Origin: Candidatus Zixiibacteriota bacterium
Lineage (GTDB): Bacteria; Zixibacteria; MSB-5A5; GN15; FEB-12
Assembly (NCBI GenBank): GCA_022564135.1
Contig: JADFLZ010000001.1
Coordinates: 1 to 32,193, forward strand
Length of the DNA: 32,193 nucleotides
Direction: 5' to 3'
The stretch's first letter is position 1. Each line of letters starts with the position of its first letter. The notes beneath the pieces are model-generated. The model ran no database searches. It saw only the letters and a list, made by a program, of their open reading frames with translations, and had not been told where the DNA came from. Shown here in pieces: positions 18,161 through 25,990 of this stretch. The position numbers and the translations under genes are program-made.

Positions 18161-19737
18161 TGGAACTTTCTCTTTTAACATTTTTCCCGGCTATTGGCGC
18201 TTTGCTTTTGCTGCTGGTGCCGTCAAAGCAGCATGATACTATTAAAATGGTCAGCTTGCTGGTAGCCTTTGTTACCTTTTTGGTTTCACTATGGCTCTAT
18301 TTTGCCTTTGACCCGATTGCACATCCGATGCAGTTTGAGTTTTCCGTTCCCTGGATTCCATCAATGGGCATAAATTATCATATGGGCATCGATGGCATTT
18401 CATTGCTGCTGATAGTGATGACGGCGCTGCTGATGATTCCTGCCATACTCTGTTCCTGGAAATCTATCACAAAATCTGTCAAAGGTTTTTATATTTCGAT
18501 GCTTCTGCTGGCAACCGGAATGCTTGGAGTTTTCTGCTCGCTTGACCTGTTTCTGTTCTATGTTTTCTGGGAAGTAATGCTGATACCGATGTATTTCATA
18601 ATCGGGCTCTGGGGAGGCCAGAGACGACTCTATGCAGCCATAAAATTCGTGCTGTTCACCATGTTCGGTTCTCTATTGATGTTAGTAGCTATTATTTACA
18701 TGGCTTTTGAATTCAAATCACAGACAGGTGTCTATTCATTTGACATGATAGCACTAACCGGTATGCCAATAGCGACGCAGGCACAAATGTGGTTGTTCGG
18801 AGCCTTTGCGCTGGCCTTTGCCATCAAAGTTCCGCTGTTCCCGTTTCATACCTGGCTTCCTGACGCTCATGTCGAGGCGCCGACTGCTGGCTCGGTAATT
18901 CTGGCGGGTGTGCTTTTAAAACTCGGCACTTACGGCTTTATCAGGATTTGTATGCCGATGTTCCCCGAAGCTACTGTTGCTTTCACTCCCTATATTTCAG
19001 TCTTGGCTATTATCGCCATAATCTATGGCGCCCTGGTAGCTATGGTCCAAAAAGATATTAAGTCACTGGTGGCTTTTTCGTCTGTTTCGCATATGGGCTT
19101 TGTGATGCTGGGTCTGTTTGCCTTAAATACACAGGCACTTGAAGGCAGCGTAATTCAGATGATAAACCACGGCATTTCTACCGGCGCTCTGTTTTTATTG
19201 GTAGGCATGATATATGAAAGGCGCCACACCAGACTGATTAGTGAGTTTGGCGGACTGGCCAAAGTGATGCCGGTTTTTTCAACGATTTTTCTGATTGTCA
19301 TTCTGTCATCAATCGGTCTGCCCTTGACTAATGGCTTTGTCGGCGAATTTTTGATACTGCTGGGCCTGTTTAAGGTAAATGCCACCTATGCCATATTAGC
19401 CGCGACAGGTATCATACTGTCGGCCTGCTATATGTTGTGGATGTACCAGAGAGTTGTCTTCGGCAAACTGACCAATCCCAAAAACGAAAAGCTGCTGGAT
19501 CTGTCATTGAGAGAAAAAGTTATTTTGATACCGCTGGTCGTGCTCATATTTTGGATTGGTATTTATCCCAAGCCGCTCTTTGACAGACTAAGCCCGTCTA
19601 TCAGACTAGTTCAGGAGCAAATGCAGAGTCGGGCTTCGGCTGGCAAAAACAGCAAATTTGAATTTGTTGAAAGTATTAAAGAAAGCGATTATAACTATGA
19701 CGCTACAATTGAAGATAGACTGGAGAAAGTAAAATGA
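18160..19737 (+). CDS. nuoM: NADH-quinone oxidoreductase subunit M.
   Basis: ND4-type subunit with FWEVMLIPMYFIIGLWGG and FPFHTWLPDAHVEAPT. TAATG overlap with nuoL. Confidence 0.95.
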   Translation: MELSLLTFFPAIGALLLLLVPSKQHDTIKMVSLLVAFVTFLVSLWLYFAFDPIAHPMQFEFSVPWIPSMGINYHMGIDGISLLLIVMTALLMIPAILCSWKSITKSVKGFYISMLLLATGMLGVFCSLDLFLFYVFWEVMLIPMYFIIGLWGGQRRLYAAIKFVLFTMFGSLLMLVAIIYMAFEFKSQTGVYSFDMIALTGMPIATQAQMWLFGAFALAFAIKVPLFPFHTWLPDAHVEAPTAGSVILAGVLLKLGTYGFIRICMPMFPEATVAFTPYISVLAIIAIIYGALVAMVQKDIKSLVAFSSVSHMGFVMLGLFALNTQALEGSVIQMINHGISTGALFLLVGMIYERRHTRLISEFGGLAKVMPVFSTIFLIVILSSIGLPLTNGFVGEFLILLGLFKVNATYAILAATGIILSACYMLWMYQRVVFGKLTNPKNEKLLDLSLREKVILIPLVVLIFWIGIYPKPLFDRLSPSIRLVQEQMQSRASAGKNSKFEFVESIKESDYNYDATIEDRLEKVK

Positions 19738-19964
19738 GTAATTCCGGCGAAGTGACAATCTATACCAAGCAAGGCTGTCCCTATTGTGCGGCGGCCTTAA
19801 AGCATTACACCGAGCAGGGGACAAAGTTCAGGCAAATAGACATTCACGACACCCCCGGTGCCAAAGAAGAAGTTCTGAAACTGACCAAAGGTCAGGAAAT
19901 AGTGCCGGTGATAATCGAAGACGGCCAGGTCACGGCCGGATTTGGAGGTGGCTGAGGTTTCTAA
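19734..19964 (+). CDS. Glutaredoxin-like small redox protein (CPYC active site). It is probably a selenoprotein, with TGA 19953-19955 decoded as Sec and a C-terminus of ...GFGGG-U-G-F. The conventional reading ends at 19955.
   Basis: Grx/NrdH-like fold pattern: VTIYTKQGCPYCAAALKHY...EIVPVIIEDGQVTAGFGG. ATGA overlap with the nuoM stop, and GGAG at 19722-19725 eight nt before the ATG. The TGA is followed by GGT TTC TAA and an immediately adjacent SECIS-like hairpin. As I recall, an NCBI family named Uxx-star glutaredoxin-like (seleno)protein has Sec exactly three residues from the stop. Confidence 0.8.
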
Positions 19965-19996
19965 ATTAGCTGCGGCGGTCGCCGCACAAAGAAACT
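19956..19996 (+). promoter_or_regulatory. Candidate bacterial SECIS element: a two-tier stem-loop immediately 3' of the TGA.
   Basis: The lower stem pairs GTTTCT (19957-19962) with AGAAAC (19990-19995). The upper stem pairs TGCGGC (19971-19976) with GCCGCA (19981-19986). The apical loop is GGTC (19977-19980), about 25-28 nt from the U of UGA. This is comparable to the E. coli fdhF SECIS, whose GGUC-containing loop carries the essential G23/U24. It could instead be a plain intra-operon hairpin. Confidence 0.5.
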
Positions 19997-20005
19997 AAAA
20001 CTGAT

Positions 20006-21454
20006 ATGTTTGATACTACCGCGGCATCGATAGATTTTAGCATCATAGCGCCTGAGATCACTCTGCTGGTGGCGGCGTTTATAATTCTGGTCTCTGTCTA
20101 TAACGAGAGAATGAGAAATATGGCGCCCATAATCGCTACTTTAGGGCTGTTGGTCTCATTGATTATTTCCATAGAGCAGATGGGCAATCCCAAGACCGGA
20201 TTTTTTGGAATGGTCAGTTGTGATGATTTCACGGTTGTATTCAAAATTTTATTCGTAGTTTCATCTCTGCTTATTCTCATGATAGGTCGCCGCTATTTTG
20301 TGGCCAAAAATATTGACCGTCCGGAGTTCTATGCTCTTCTGTGCATTTCTACAATGGGCATGATGGTCATGGCTTCGACAACCGATTTAGTCGTAATATT
20401 TTTGGGCTTGGAAATTATGTCGGTGCCGCTGTATGTCATGGCCGGCATGGACAAGCGCTCTCTGGAGTCTAACGAAGCCGGCATCAAATACCTGATAATG
20501 GGAGCCTTCGCCAGCGGCTTTTTGCTGATGGGCATCGCTTTTATATTCGGATCGTCGGGCACTACCGATTTGCGGCGAATAGCTGCCGACTTTCAGTTCA
20601 TAGGTGAAAATTATCGGCTCTACTTTAATGCCGGTGCCGTGCTGACTTTAGTAGGTTTCGCTTTTAAAGTTGCGGCGGTCCCGTTCCACTCCTGGGTGCC
20701 CGATGTCTATCAGGGGGCACCAACGCCTGTTACTGCATTTTTTTCCGTCGGACCAAAAGCTGCCGGATTCGCGGCACTGCTGCGCATTTTTAATTTCGGG
20801 TTCGAAGACATGGAATTTATCTCTGATATTTTCTGGATGCTGGCTGTTCTGACCATGACTGTCGGAAATATACTGGCATTAAGGCAGGGGAACATTAAAA
20901 GAATGCTGGCTTATTCTTCAATTGCCCACGCCGGATATATACTGGTAGCTTTAGCTGTCGGCGGCTCGGCGGCAATGTCTGCGGCTATTTTTTATCTGTT
21001 TGCTTACGCGCTTTTTAACCTGGGAAGTTTTGCCATCATCACTCAGCTTGAGATACGCAGCGGCTGCAAATCCGAACTCTCCGAGCTTTCGGGTCTTTCT
21101 AAAGCTCATCCTTATTTGTCTGCGGCGCTGACTGTCTTCATGCTGGCGCTGGCAGGTTTCCCACCCACAGTTGGCTTTATCGGCAAATTTTATCTGTTTA
21201 CAGCTGCCATTGATGGCGGCTTTATCTGGCTGACTGTCATAGGTGTTTTGAATTCTTTTATATCAGTCTACTATTATCTGCGGGTGGTAAAAGTTAGTTT
21301 TCTGGAGAAGTTCGAGGGTACTTTCGCACCTGTCAAATATACGCCTGCTATGATTGCTGTACTGCTGATTACACTGGCCGGAACTCTGGGGTTGGGTATT
21401 TTTCCCGAAAAACTCCTTGAGCTTTCTCAAGCGGCGATTTTTGCTTTTCTCTAA
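20006..21454 (+). CDS. nuoN: NADH-quinone oxidoreductase subunit N.
   Basis: ND2-type antiporter-like subunit (VPFHSWVPDVYQGAPTPVTAF, KRMLAYSSIAHAGY) and the last gene of the operon. Confidence 0.95.
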   Translation: MFDTTAASIDFSIIAPEITLLVAAFIILVSVYNERMRNMAPIIATLGLLVSLIISIEQMGNPKTGFFGMVSCDDFTVVFKILFVVSSLLILMIGRRYFVAKNIDRPEFYALLCISTMGMMVMASTTDLVVIFLGLEIMSVPLYVMAGMDKRSLESNEAGIKYLIMGAFASGFLLMGIAFIFGSSGTTDLRRIAADFQFIGENYRLYFNAGAVLTLVGFAFKVAAVPFHSWVPDVYQGAPTPVTAFFSVGPKAAGFAALLRIFNFGFEDMEFISDIFWMLAVLTMTVGNILALRQGNIKRMLAYSSIAHAGYILVALAVGGSAAMSAAIFYLFAYALFNLGSFAIITQLEIRSGCKSELSELSGLSKAHPYLSAALTVFMLALAGFPPTVGFIGKFYLFTAAIDGGFIWLTVIGVLNSFISVYYYLRVVKVSFLEKFEGTFAPVKYTPAMIAVLLITLAGTLGLGIFPEKLLELSQAAIFAFL

Positions 21455-24180
21455 TTGTGGCGCAGTATAAAATTGCAGGTCTTTGGTCCGCCTCTGAAAA
21501 TAAAATCTACCAGATAAGTAAGATCTAAAATCTGCAAAGAGGCCCCGTCGCAGTTGGCGTCGCCCAATATAAAGGGGTCAGAGGGGTCGCCGCCTCTGAA
21601 TATGAAATCGACCATGAAAGTTAGATCGAGAATGTTGGTAGCGCCGTCAGGCTGAACATCACCCGCCAGAGCATAATCCCAGAGATTACTGACAAACTGA
21701 ACAGCGTCACCCGGATTAACGATATTTTCAGGCGGTACGTTTTTATCGAAATAGTTCAGCGCGGCACACTCCACTGCGGAAATTCCGATAACAGCCGTCA
21801 GATTCAAGTTGCTGCTGTCAGCATATAGATACTGCATGGTTATTTTGCCGTCGGCAGTAAGAATAATTTCAAAATTGGCGGTAGAATCAAGCGGCACTAC
21901 AAAATTCCCGGGCTTGTACCATTCTATTACCAGAGTGTCGAGAGTCGGGCTGCGGTAGAGAAACAGCCCCGAGGCCGGAGTCAAATCGGTATCGAAGATC
22001 AAATCATTCCAGAAAACAGAGATTAAAGTAGAGAAATCCGAATTCGGTATAGAAAGTGGCCCGAAAAAGCCGTCAAAATTCAGATCGGTATTAGTAAAAG
22101 ACAGCGCACCATTGACGCCGATATAAATTGAATTATAGTCAGCATCGTAAAATGGAAAAGTAAAGCCTATCGCCCAGGGACCGGTGGTGCCGTCGTCGAG
22201 AGGATTAGAACCCGTGCCGTAGTACGAAGTATTACTTACTTTTAAACCCAGGTCTCTGGCTGAAACCCAGTTAAATTCCAGCCCGCTGGAATCTTTGGAC
22301 GATATGAAATAGTAACTGGTATCAAAACAGGGAACTTCCAGAAAGACCGGCAGCAAAATCAGCGAGTCTTTGGCTCCGGCCGAAACGCCCCAGTTGATTT
22401 TCAGCAGACCCTTATACTTGGCTATTCGGTCACCAGCCAGAGTAGCGTCGATGGTGACCACGATTTCCACCGAATCGAGCGGAAAAATCATGCCAATAGC
22501 CGGTGATACTTGCAGCCAGTCAGCGGTCGATTGTTTGGTGAGTGTATCATTGCTGGTTATTTCAAAATCAAAAACATCGGAGCTCGATCTGTTGTACAGC
22601 CAGACTTGTGTTATAGCAGTTGAATCTTCGCTCAGGCTGGTGTCGATAAAAATTGGTTCAGCATAGATTGAAGCCGGAGGATTTAATGCTGCAAAAGCTG
22701 CCGCCAAATTCGGGCGTGGACCGATAAGTTTAGTCAGGTTGCCTTTTTGAAGAGTCCCGGTAGCTACTATTATATCTCTTATCTGGTCGGAGGTCATATA
22801 AGTTCCATAAAGTTCCTGGTAACGTCCCTGTAGACAGGCGGCGGCTCCGGCTACTATCGGCGAAGCGCCAGATGTTCCTCCAAAGGTAGCAGTATAGAAA
22901 GAGTCTTCGACACCGCCTCCATTGTAAAGCCCACCGTAGCCGGTAGTGTAAATGTCAGAGCCATAGCCTTGAATATTTACACGCTCACCATAGTTCGAAA
23001 AAGATTCTTCTTCAAGATCATTCATATCAACCGGAGGGTGGCCGGCACCGGCAATAATTGCGTGAGAGTTACGATAGCTGGTATCAAACAGCTGGCCGTA
23101 TATACCGGCATCGTCGAAGTCTTCGGCTCCGTTACCTGCTGCTTCAATGACAACAATTCCGGCTGCCCAGGCGTACTGAATGGCGTCAAATACATCCTGC
23201 CAGTATTCCATGCAGACATACCCGAGCTGGTCGAGCCTGGTCTCAAAATTGAAATGAGGGCCGGGAGCATGAAGTTCAATCAAAATCATGTCGCCGGCGT
23301 TCAGATTATCTACGGCAGTCAGTATTGCAGCCGAGGTGGACATGCTGCCGATTGAAATTGTGCCGATATCGGCTCCCGGGCAGATACCGACTATCCCAAG
23401 GCTGTCATCATCAGCTATTAATTGACCGATAACAGCCGTACCGTGATTTCTCCAATCAGGATTAATTATCAGCTCTCCGGCTATGTGTACTCCGGCTGCT
23501 TTGCTCAAATCTATGTGCGAGAAATTCCAGCTGCCTTCTATATCTATAATCTTTATTCCCGTGCCATCTCCGCCGGCCAGCGTATTGGCGAAATCGGCGT
23601 CGATGCCGTCAGGGGCAGCTTCGCGATAATCCTGATTGGGCTGGTAGTCGGGCAGAGCAGATGAGCTGAAAATTCCGGCCGGTTCCGGTTTGGGCTGAAA
23701 ATAAGCAATCTCTACGATGTCCAGTTTATTCAGCGAGTTTATCAGGTTTTCAGCTGCAGCAGGCGACTGAACTTGAATTTTATAGTACGAGTTAAAATCA
23801 GCCAGTTGCTGCTTGGCTTTATAAGACAAATATCTGAACTTGGTCTCAAGTTTATCCAGAGAGTTTTGTTCTATCAGCGGTTCGAGCTGTGAACTAAGAT
23901 ATGTCCGGAGGATGCTGTTGGTCTGGGCAGTGCTTGTGCCTGTTTTAGAATATAATAAACTGCCGTTAAAACGAACCTGATATTCGTCTTTGAATTTAAC
24001 AATCAGATAATCTATCTGCACGCTGCTGCTTATCGAAACCAGACCGGGTTTTTCAGGCAGAGCTCTTTTCTTTATGGCAGTATCAAGAGGTGCCTGGGCA
24101 GGCAGAATTCCAGGGGTAGCAGCCCCGGCATTGCCGGTTAGCAGGAATGACAAGAAAATGATTACTCTTACAATTTTCAT
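21451..24180 (-). CDS. Secreted S8 (subtilisin-like) serine peptidase with C-terminal tandem dockerin-like repeats.
   Basis: Catalytic triad motifs occur in D-H-S order: GIKIIDIEGSW, NHGTAVIGQL and GGTSGASPIVAGAAA, plus the oxyanion-region AAGNG. I chose the ATG at 24180 (MKIVRVIIFLSFLLTGNAGA signal peptide) over the listed 24219. Confidence 0.85.
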   Translation of the reverse strand: MKIVRVIIFLSFLLTGNAGAATPGILPAQAPLDTAIKKRALPEKPGLVSISSSVQIDYLIVKFKDEYQVRFNGSLLYSKTGTSTAQTNSILRTYLSSQLEPLIEQNSLDKLETKFRYLSYKAKQQLADFNSYYKIQVQSPAAAENLINSLNKLDIVEIAYFQPKPEPAGIFSSSALPDYQPNQDYREAAPDGIDADFANTLAGGDGTGIKIIDIEGSWNFSHIDLSKAAGVHIAGELIINPDWRNHGTAVIGQLIADDDSLGIVGICPGADIGTISIGSMSTSAAILTAVDNLNAGDMILIELHAPGPHFNFETRLDQLGYVCMEYWQDVFDAIQYAWAAGIVVIEAAGNGAEDFDDAGIYGQLFDTSYRNSHAIIAGAGHPPVDMNDLEEESFSNYGERVNIQGYGSDIYTTGYGGLYNGGGVEDSFYTATFGGTSGASPIVAGAAACLQGRYQELYGTYMTSDQIRDIIVATGTLQKGNLTKLIGPRPNLAAAFAALNPPASIYAEPIFIDTSLSEDSTAITQVWLYNRSSSDVFDFEITSNDTLTKQSTADWLQVSPAIGMIFPLDSVEIVVTIDATLAGDRIAKYKGLLKINWGVSAGAKDSLILLPVFLEVPCFDTSYYFISSKDSSGLEFNWVSARDLGLKVSNTSYYGTGSNPLDDGTTGPWAIGFTFPFYDADYNSIYIGVNGALSFTNTDLNFDGFFGPLSIPNSDFSTLISVFWNDLIFDTDLTPASGLFLYRSPTLDTLVIEWYKPGNFVVPLDSTANFEIILTADGKITMQYLYADSSNLNLTAVIGISAVECAALNYFDKNVPPENIVNPGDAVQFVSNLWDYALAGDVQPDGATNILDLTFMVDFIFRGGDPSDPFILGDANCDGASLQILDLTYLVDFIFRGGPKTCNFILRHN
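21487..21660 (-). repeat. Two tandem dockerin-like (EF-hand-type) repeats encoded within the S8 peptidase C-terminus.
   Basis: DVQPDGATNILDLTFMVDFIFRGG (21589-21660) and DANCDGASLQILDLTYLVDFIFRGG (21487-21561). The shared ILDLT(F/Y)(M/L)VDFIFRGG core is also visible at DNA level. Confidence 0.6.
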
Positions 24181-24231
24181 TTCAAAAACTACTGTCCTGT
24201 AATTCTGGCGGGTCAACAATTCTAAGTAAGC

Positions 24232-24254
24232 AAGAAACAGGCGAACTGTTTCTT
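24232..24254 (-). other. Perfect 9-bp stem-loop between purF and the S8 peptidase gene. It may be a 5'-UTR stabiliser or a weak purF terminator.
   Basis: AAGAAACAG (24232-24240) pairs with CTGTTTCTT (24246-24254) around a 5-nt loop, GCGAA. On the - strand it is followed by GCTTACTTAG, which is only weakly U-rich. It lies just downstream of the candidate promoter at 24266-24293. Confidence 0.4.
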
Positions 24255-24265
24255 AGCTACCCGTA

Positions 24266-24293
24266 AATATAGTATCGGACTCAGATTTGTCAA
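24266..24293 (-). promoter_or_regulatory. Candidate sigma70-like promoter for the S8 peptidase gene.
   Basis: On the - strand: TTGACA (24293-24288), a 16 nt spacer, then TATATT (24271-24266). The -35 matches the consensus exactly and the -10 is near-consensus. Applicability of the E. coli consensus to this lineage is unverified. Confidence 0.35.
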
Positions 24294-24311
24294 TTGAGAG
24301 CTTATAAGAGC

Positions 24312-25733
24312 TTAGCTGATAGAGTCAACGGCAATAGGCTTAAGCCGCAGCTTATTACCATTTATTTTGGGGACTTTGATCGGATATTTTCCGGAAAAAC
24401 AGCTGGAGCAAAAAGAGGCATTAGGCAGCGAAGACATAGAAAGCATCCCATCCAGCGAGAGGTACCTAAGAGAATCCACCCCAATGTATTTTTCTATCTG
24501 CTTGATCGATTTGTTGGCGCCTATCAATTCTTTTTTGGTGGGCATATCGATCCCGAAAAAACAAGGCGAAATAATCGGGGGAGAGCTGACCCTGAAATGG
24601 ATCTCTTTGGCGCCGGCATCCCGGAGCATCTTAACAAGCTTTTTGGAAGTAGTTCCGCGGACAATTGAATCATCAACGACAACAATCCGGCGTCCCTCGA
24701 TAACTCCTTTGACAGCGTTAAATTTTACTCTGACATCAAGGTCTCGGATTTTTTGGTCAGGAGCAATAAAAGTCCGTCCTACATAATGGTTTCTTATCAG
24801 ACCGATTTCGAAGGGAATCCCGCTTTCTTCGGCGTAACCCAGAGTGGCCGTATTAGCCGAATCAGGGATACCGATTACTATATCAGCATCTGCCGGATGC
24901 TCCCTGGCCAGCGCTCGACCCAGACGGCGGCGGACTTTATCGACGTTGGCGCCGTACACTTTCGAATCGGGTCTGGCAAAATAGACATACTCAAAGATAC
25001 AAAAAGCGGTTTTGGTAGACTTGACCGGGTAGTATGAACTAAGTCCTTTGTTTGTAATCTCCAGTACTTCACCCGGTTCAATATCGCGGACATACTTGGC
25101 TCCGATTATATCAAAAGCACAGGTTTCTGAGGCTACTACCCACGATTTACCGAGTTTCCCCAGAGCCAGAGGCCTGAAACCATATTCATCCCTGACCGCT
25201 ATAATAGAATCTTCGGTCATAAAAACCAGAGAATAGGCGCCCTTAATTTTTGTCAGCGAGTCACATATACGACCAATACTTGTTTTCTTTTTTGAAAGAG
25301 CAGCCAGATGCAGAATTATTTCTGTATCGGAAGTTGTCTGAAATATTGAGCCTTTGGCATCGAGGCTGGTGCGCAGTTCCAGGGCGTTGGTCAGGTTGCC
25401 GTTATGTCCAACTGCCAGTACTTTGCCCCGGTTGGTAATCAGAAATGGCTGGATGTTTATCAATGATGAGGCGCCGGTAGTAGAGTAGCGGGTATGACCA
25501 ATGGCAATATTGCCTTTTAATTTTTTCAGGTTTGCTTTATCGGAAAAAACTTCGGATACCTGCCCCATGCCTTTGTGCAGGTAGATTTTGCCTTTGTCCG
25601 AACTGATTATTCCGGCAGACTCATGCCCCCGGTGCTGCAGCGAATAGAGGCCGAAAAAGGTTAATTCGGCGGCATCGGTATGGCGGAAAATCCCAAAAAC
25701 TCCGCACTTATCGTTTATTACCGGTTCGAGCAT
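24312..25733 (-). CDS. purF: Amidophosphoribosyltransferase (glutamine-PRPP amidotransferase).
   Basis: N-terminal propeptide followed by the nucleophile Cys (MLEPVINDKCGVFGIF). PRPP-binding loop VVVDDSIVRGTT. Fe-S-type cysteines are present (CIFEYVYF, CFFGIDMP, CSSCF). AAGGAG lies 5 nt upstream of the ATG. Confidence 0.96.
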   Translation of the reverse strand: MLEPVINDKCGVFGIFRHTDAAELTFFGLYSLQHRGHESAGIISSDKGKIYLHKGMGQVSEVFSDKANLKKLKGNIAIGHTRYSTTGASSLINIQPFLITNRGKVLAVGHNGNLTNALELRTSLDAKGSIFQTTSDTEIILHLAALSKKKTSIGRICDSLTKIKGAYSLVFMTEDSIIAVRDEYGFRPLALGKLGKSWVVASETCAFDIIGAKYVRDIEPGEVLEITNKGLSSYYPVKSTKTAFCIFEYVYFARPDSKVYGANVDKVRRRLGRALAREHPADADIVIGIPDSANTATLGYAEESGIPFEIGLIRNHYVGRTFIAPDQKIRDLDVRVKFNAVKGVIEGRRIVVVDDSIVRGTTSKKLVKMLRDAGAKEIHFRVSSPPIISPCFFGIDMPTKKELIGANKSIKQIEKYIGVDSLRYLSLDGMLSMSSLPNASFCSSCFSGKYPIKVPKINGNKLRLKPIAVDSIS

Positions 25734-25768
25734 AGTCTCCTTAATTTCGCTCGTCTTTTAAGAAAAAA

Positions 25769-25797
25769 GAGCATAACTGCTGGGCTGCCATAAGTCA
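25769..25797 (-). promoter_or_regulatory. Candidate sigma70-like promoter for purF.
   Basis: On the - strand: TTGACT (25797-25792), a 17 nt spacer, then TATGCT (25774-25769), about 35 nt upstream of the purF ATG. Confidence 0.3.
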
Positions 25798-25990
25798 AAC
25801 CGTTTAACTCCTATTTCCTGCAAACTTTTGCCAATTGGTTGGTTGCGAAAGTTCTGATATGTCTGAGCCGGTCAGAGGCAAACTCAGAAGGCACAAAAAA
25901 GGCTGGAAAACGCCCTGTTTACAAGGTATTATAGAGGTTCAGGAAATTACTGCCGCTCAGTAGCCGCCCTTAGAATCAAAGGCACTGCTT

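Noticed and set aside
19784-19969. 61-aa alternative-frame ORF overlapping the Grx-like gene.
   Set aside because: Its translation is an Arg-rich nonsense sequence, and the Grx frame has a clear CPYC fold pattern, an SD and coupling to nuoM.
19971-19986. The hairpin after the Grx gene read as a simple intrinsic terminator splitting the nuo operon.
   Set aside because: No U-tract follows it (CAAAGAAACTAAAA), and nuoN, an obligatory subunit, starts 20 nt later. An extended lower stem begins directly after the UGA, which fits a SECIS better. A purely structural or stabilising role cannot be excluded, so that caveat is kept in the finding.
24181-24219. The upstream start for the S8 peptidase (MLTRQNYRTVVFE...).
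   Set aside because: The ATG at 24180 yields a canonical signal peptide directly at the N-terminus, whereas the extension would bury it.
24294-25438. + strand ORFs overlapping purF (24294-24668, 24367-24786, 24753-25037, 25048-25236, 25250-25438).
   Set aside because: They are antisense to a full-length, motif-complete purF, and their translations have no domain-like features.
25930-25970. tRNA-like T-loop sequence (GAGGTTCAGGAAATT) in the purF-upstream intergenic region.
   Set aside because: The flanks cannot form the T-stem or an acceptor stem, and there is no anticodon arm. It is not a tRNA.
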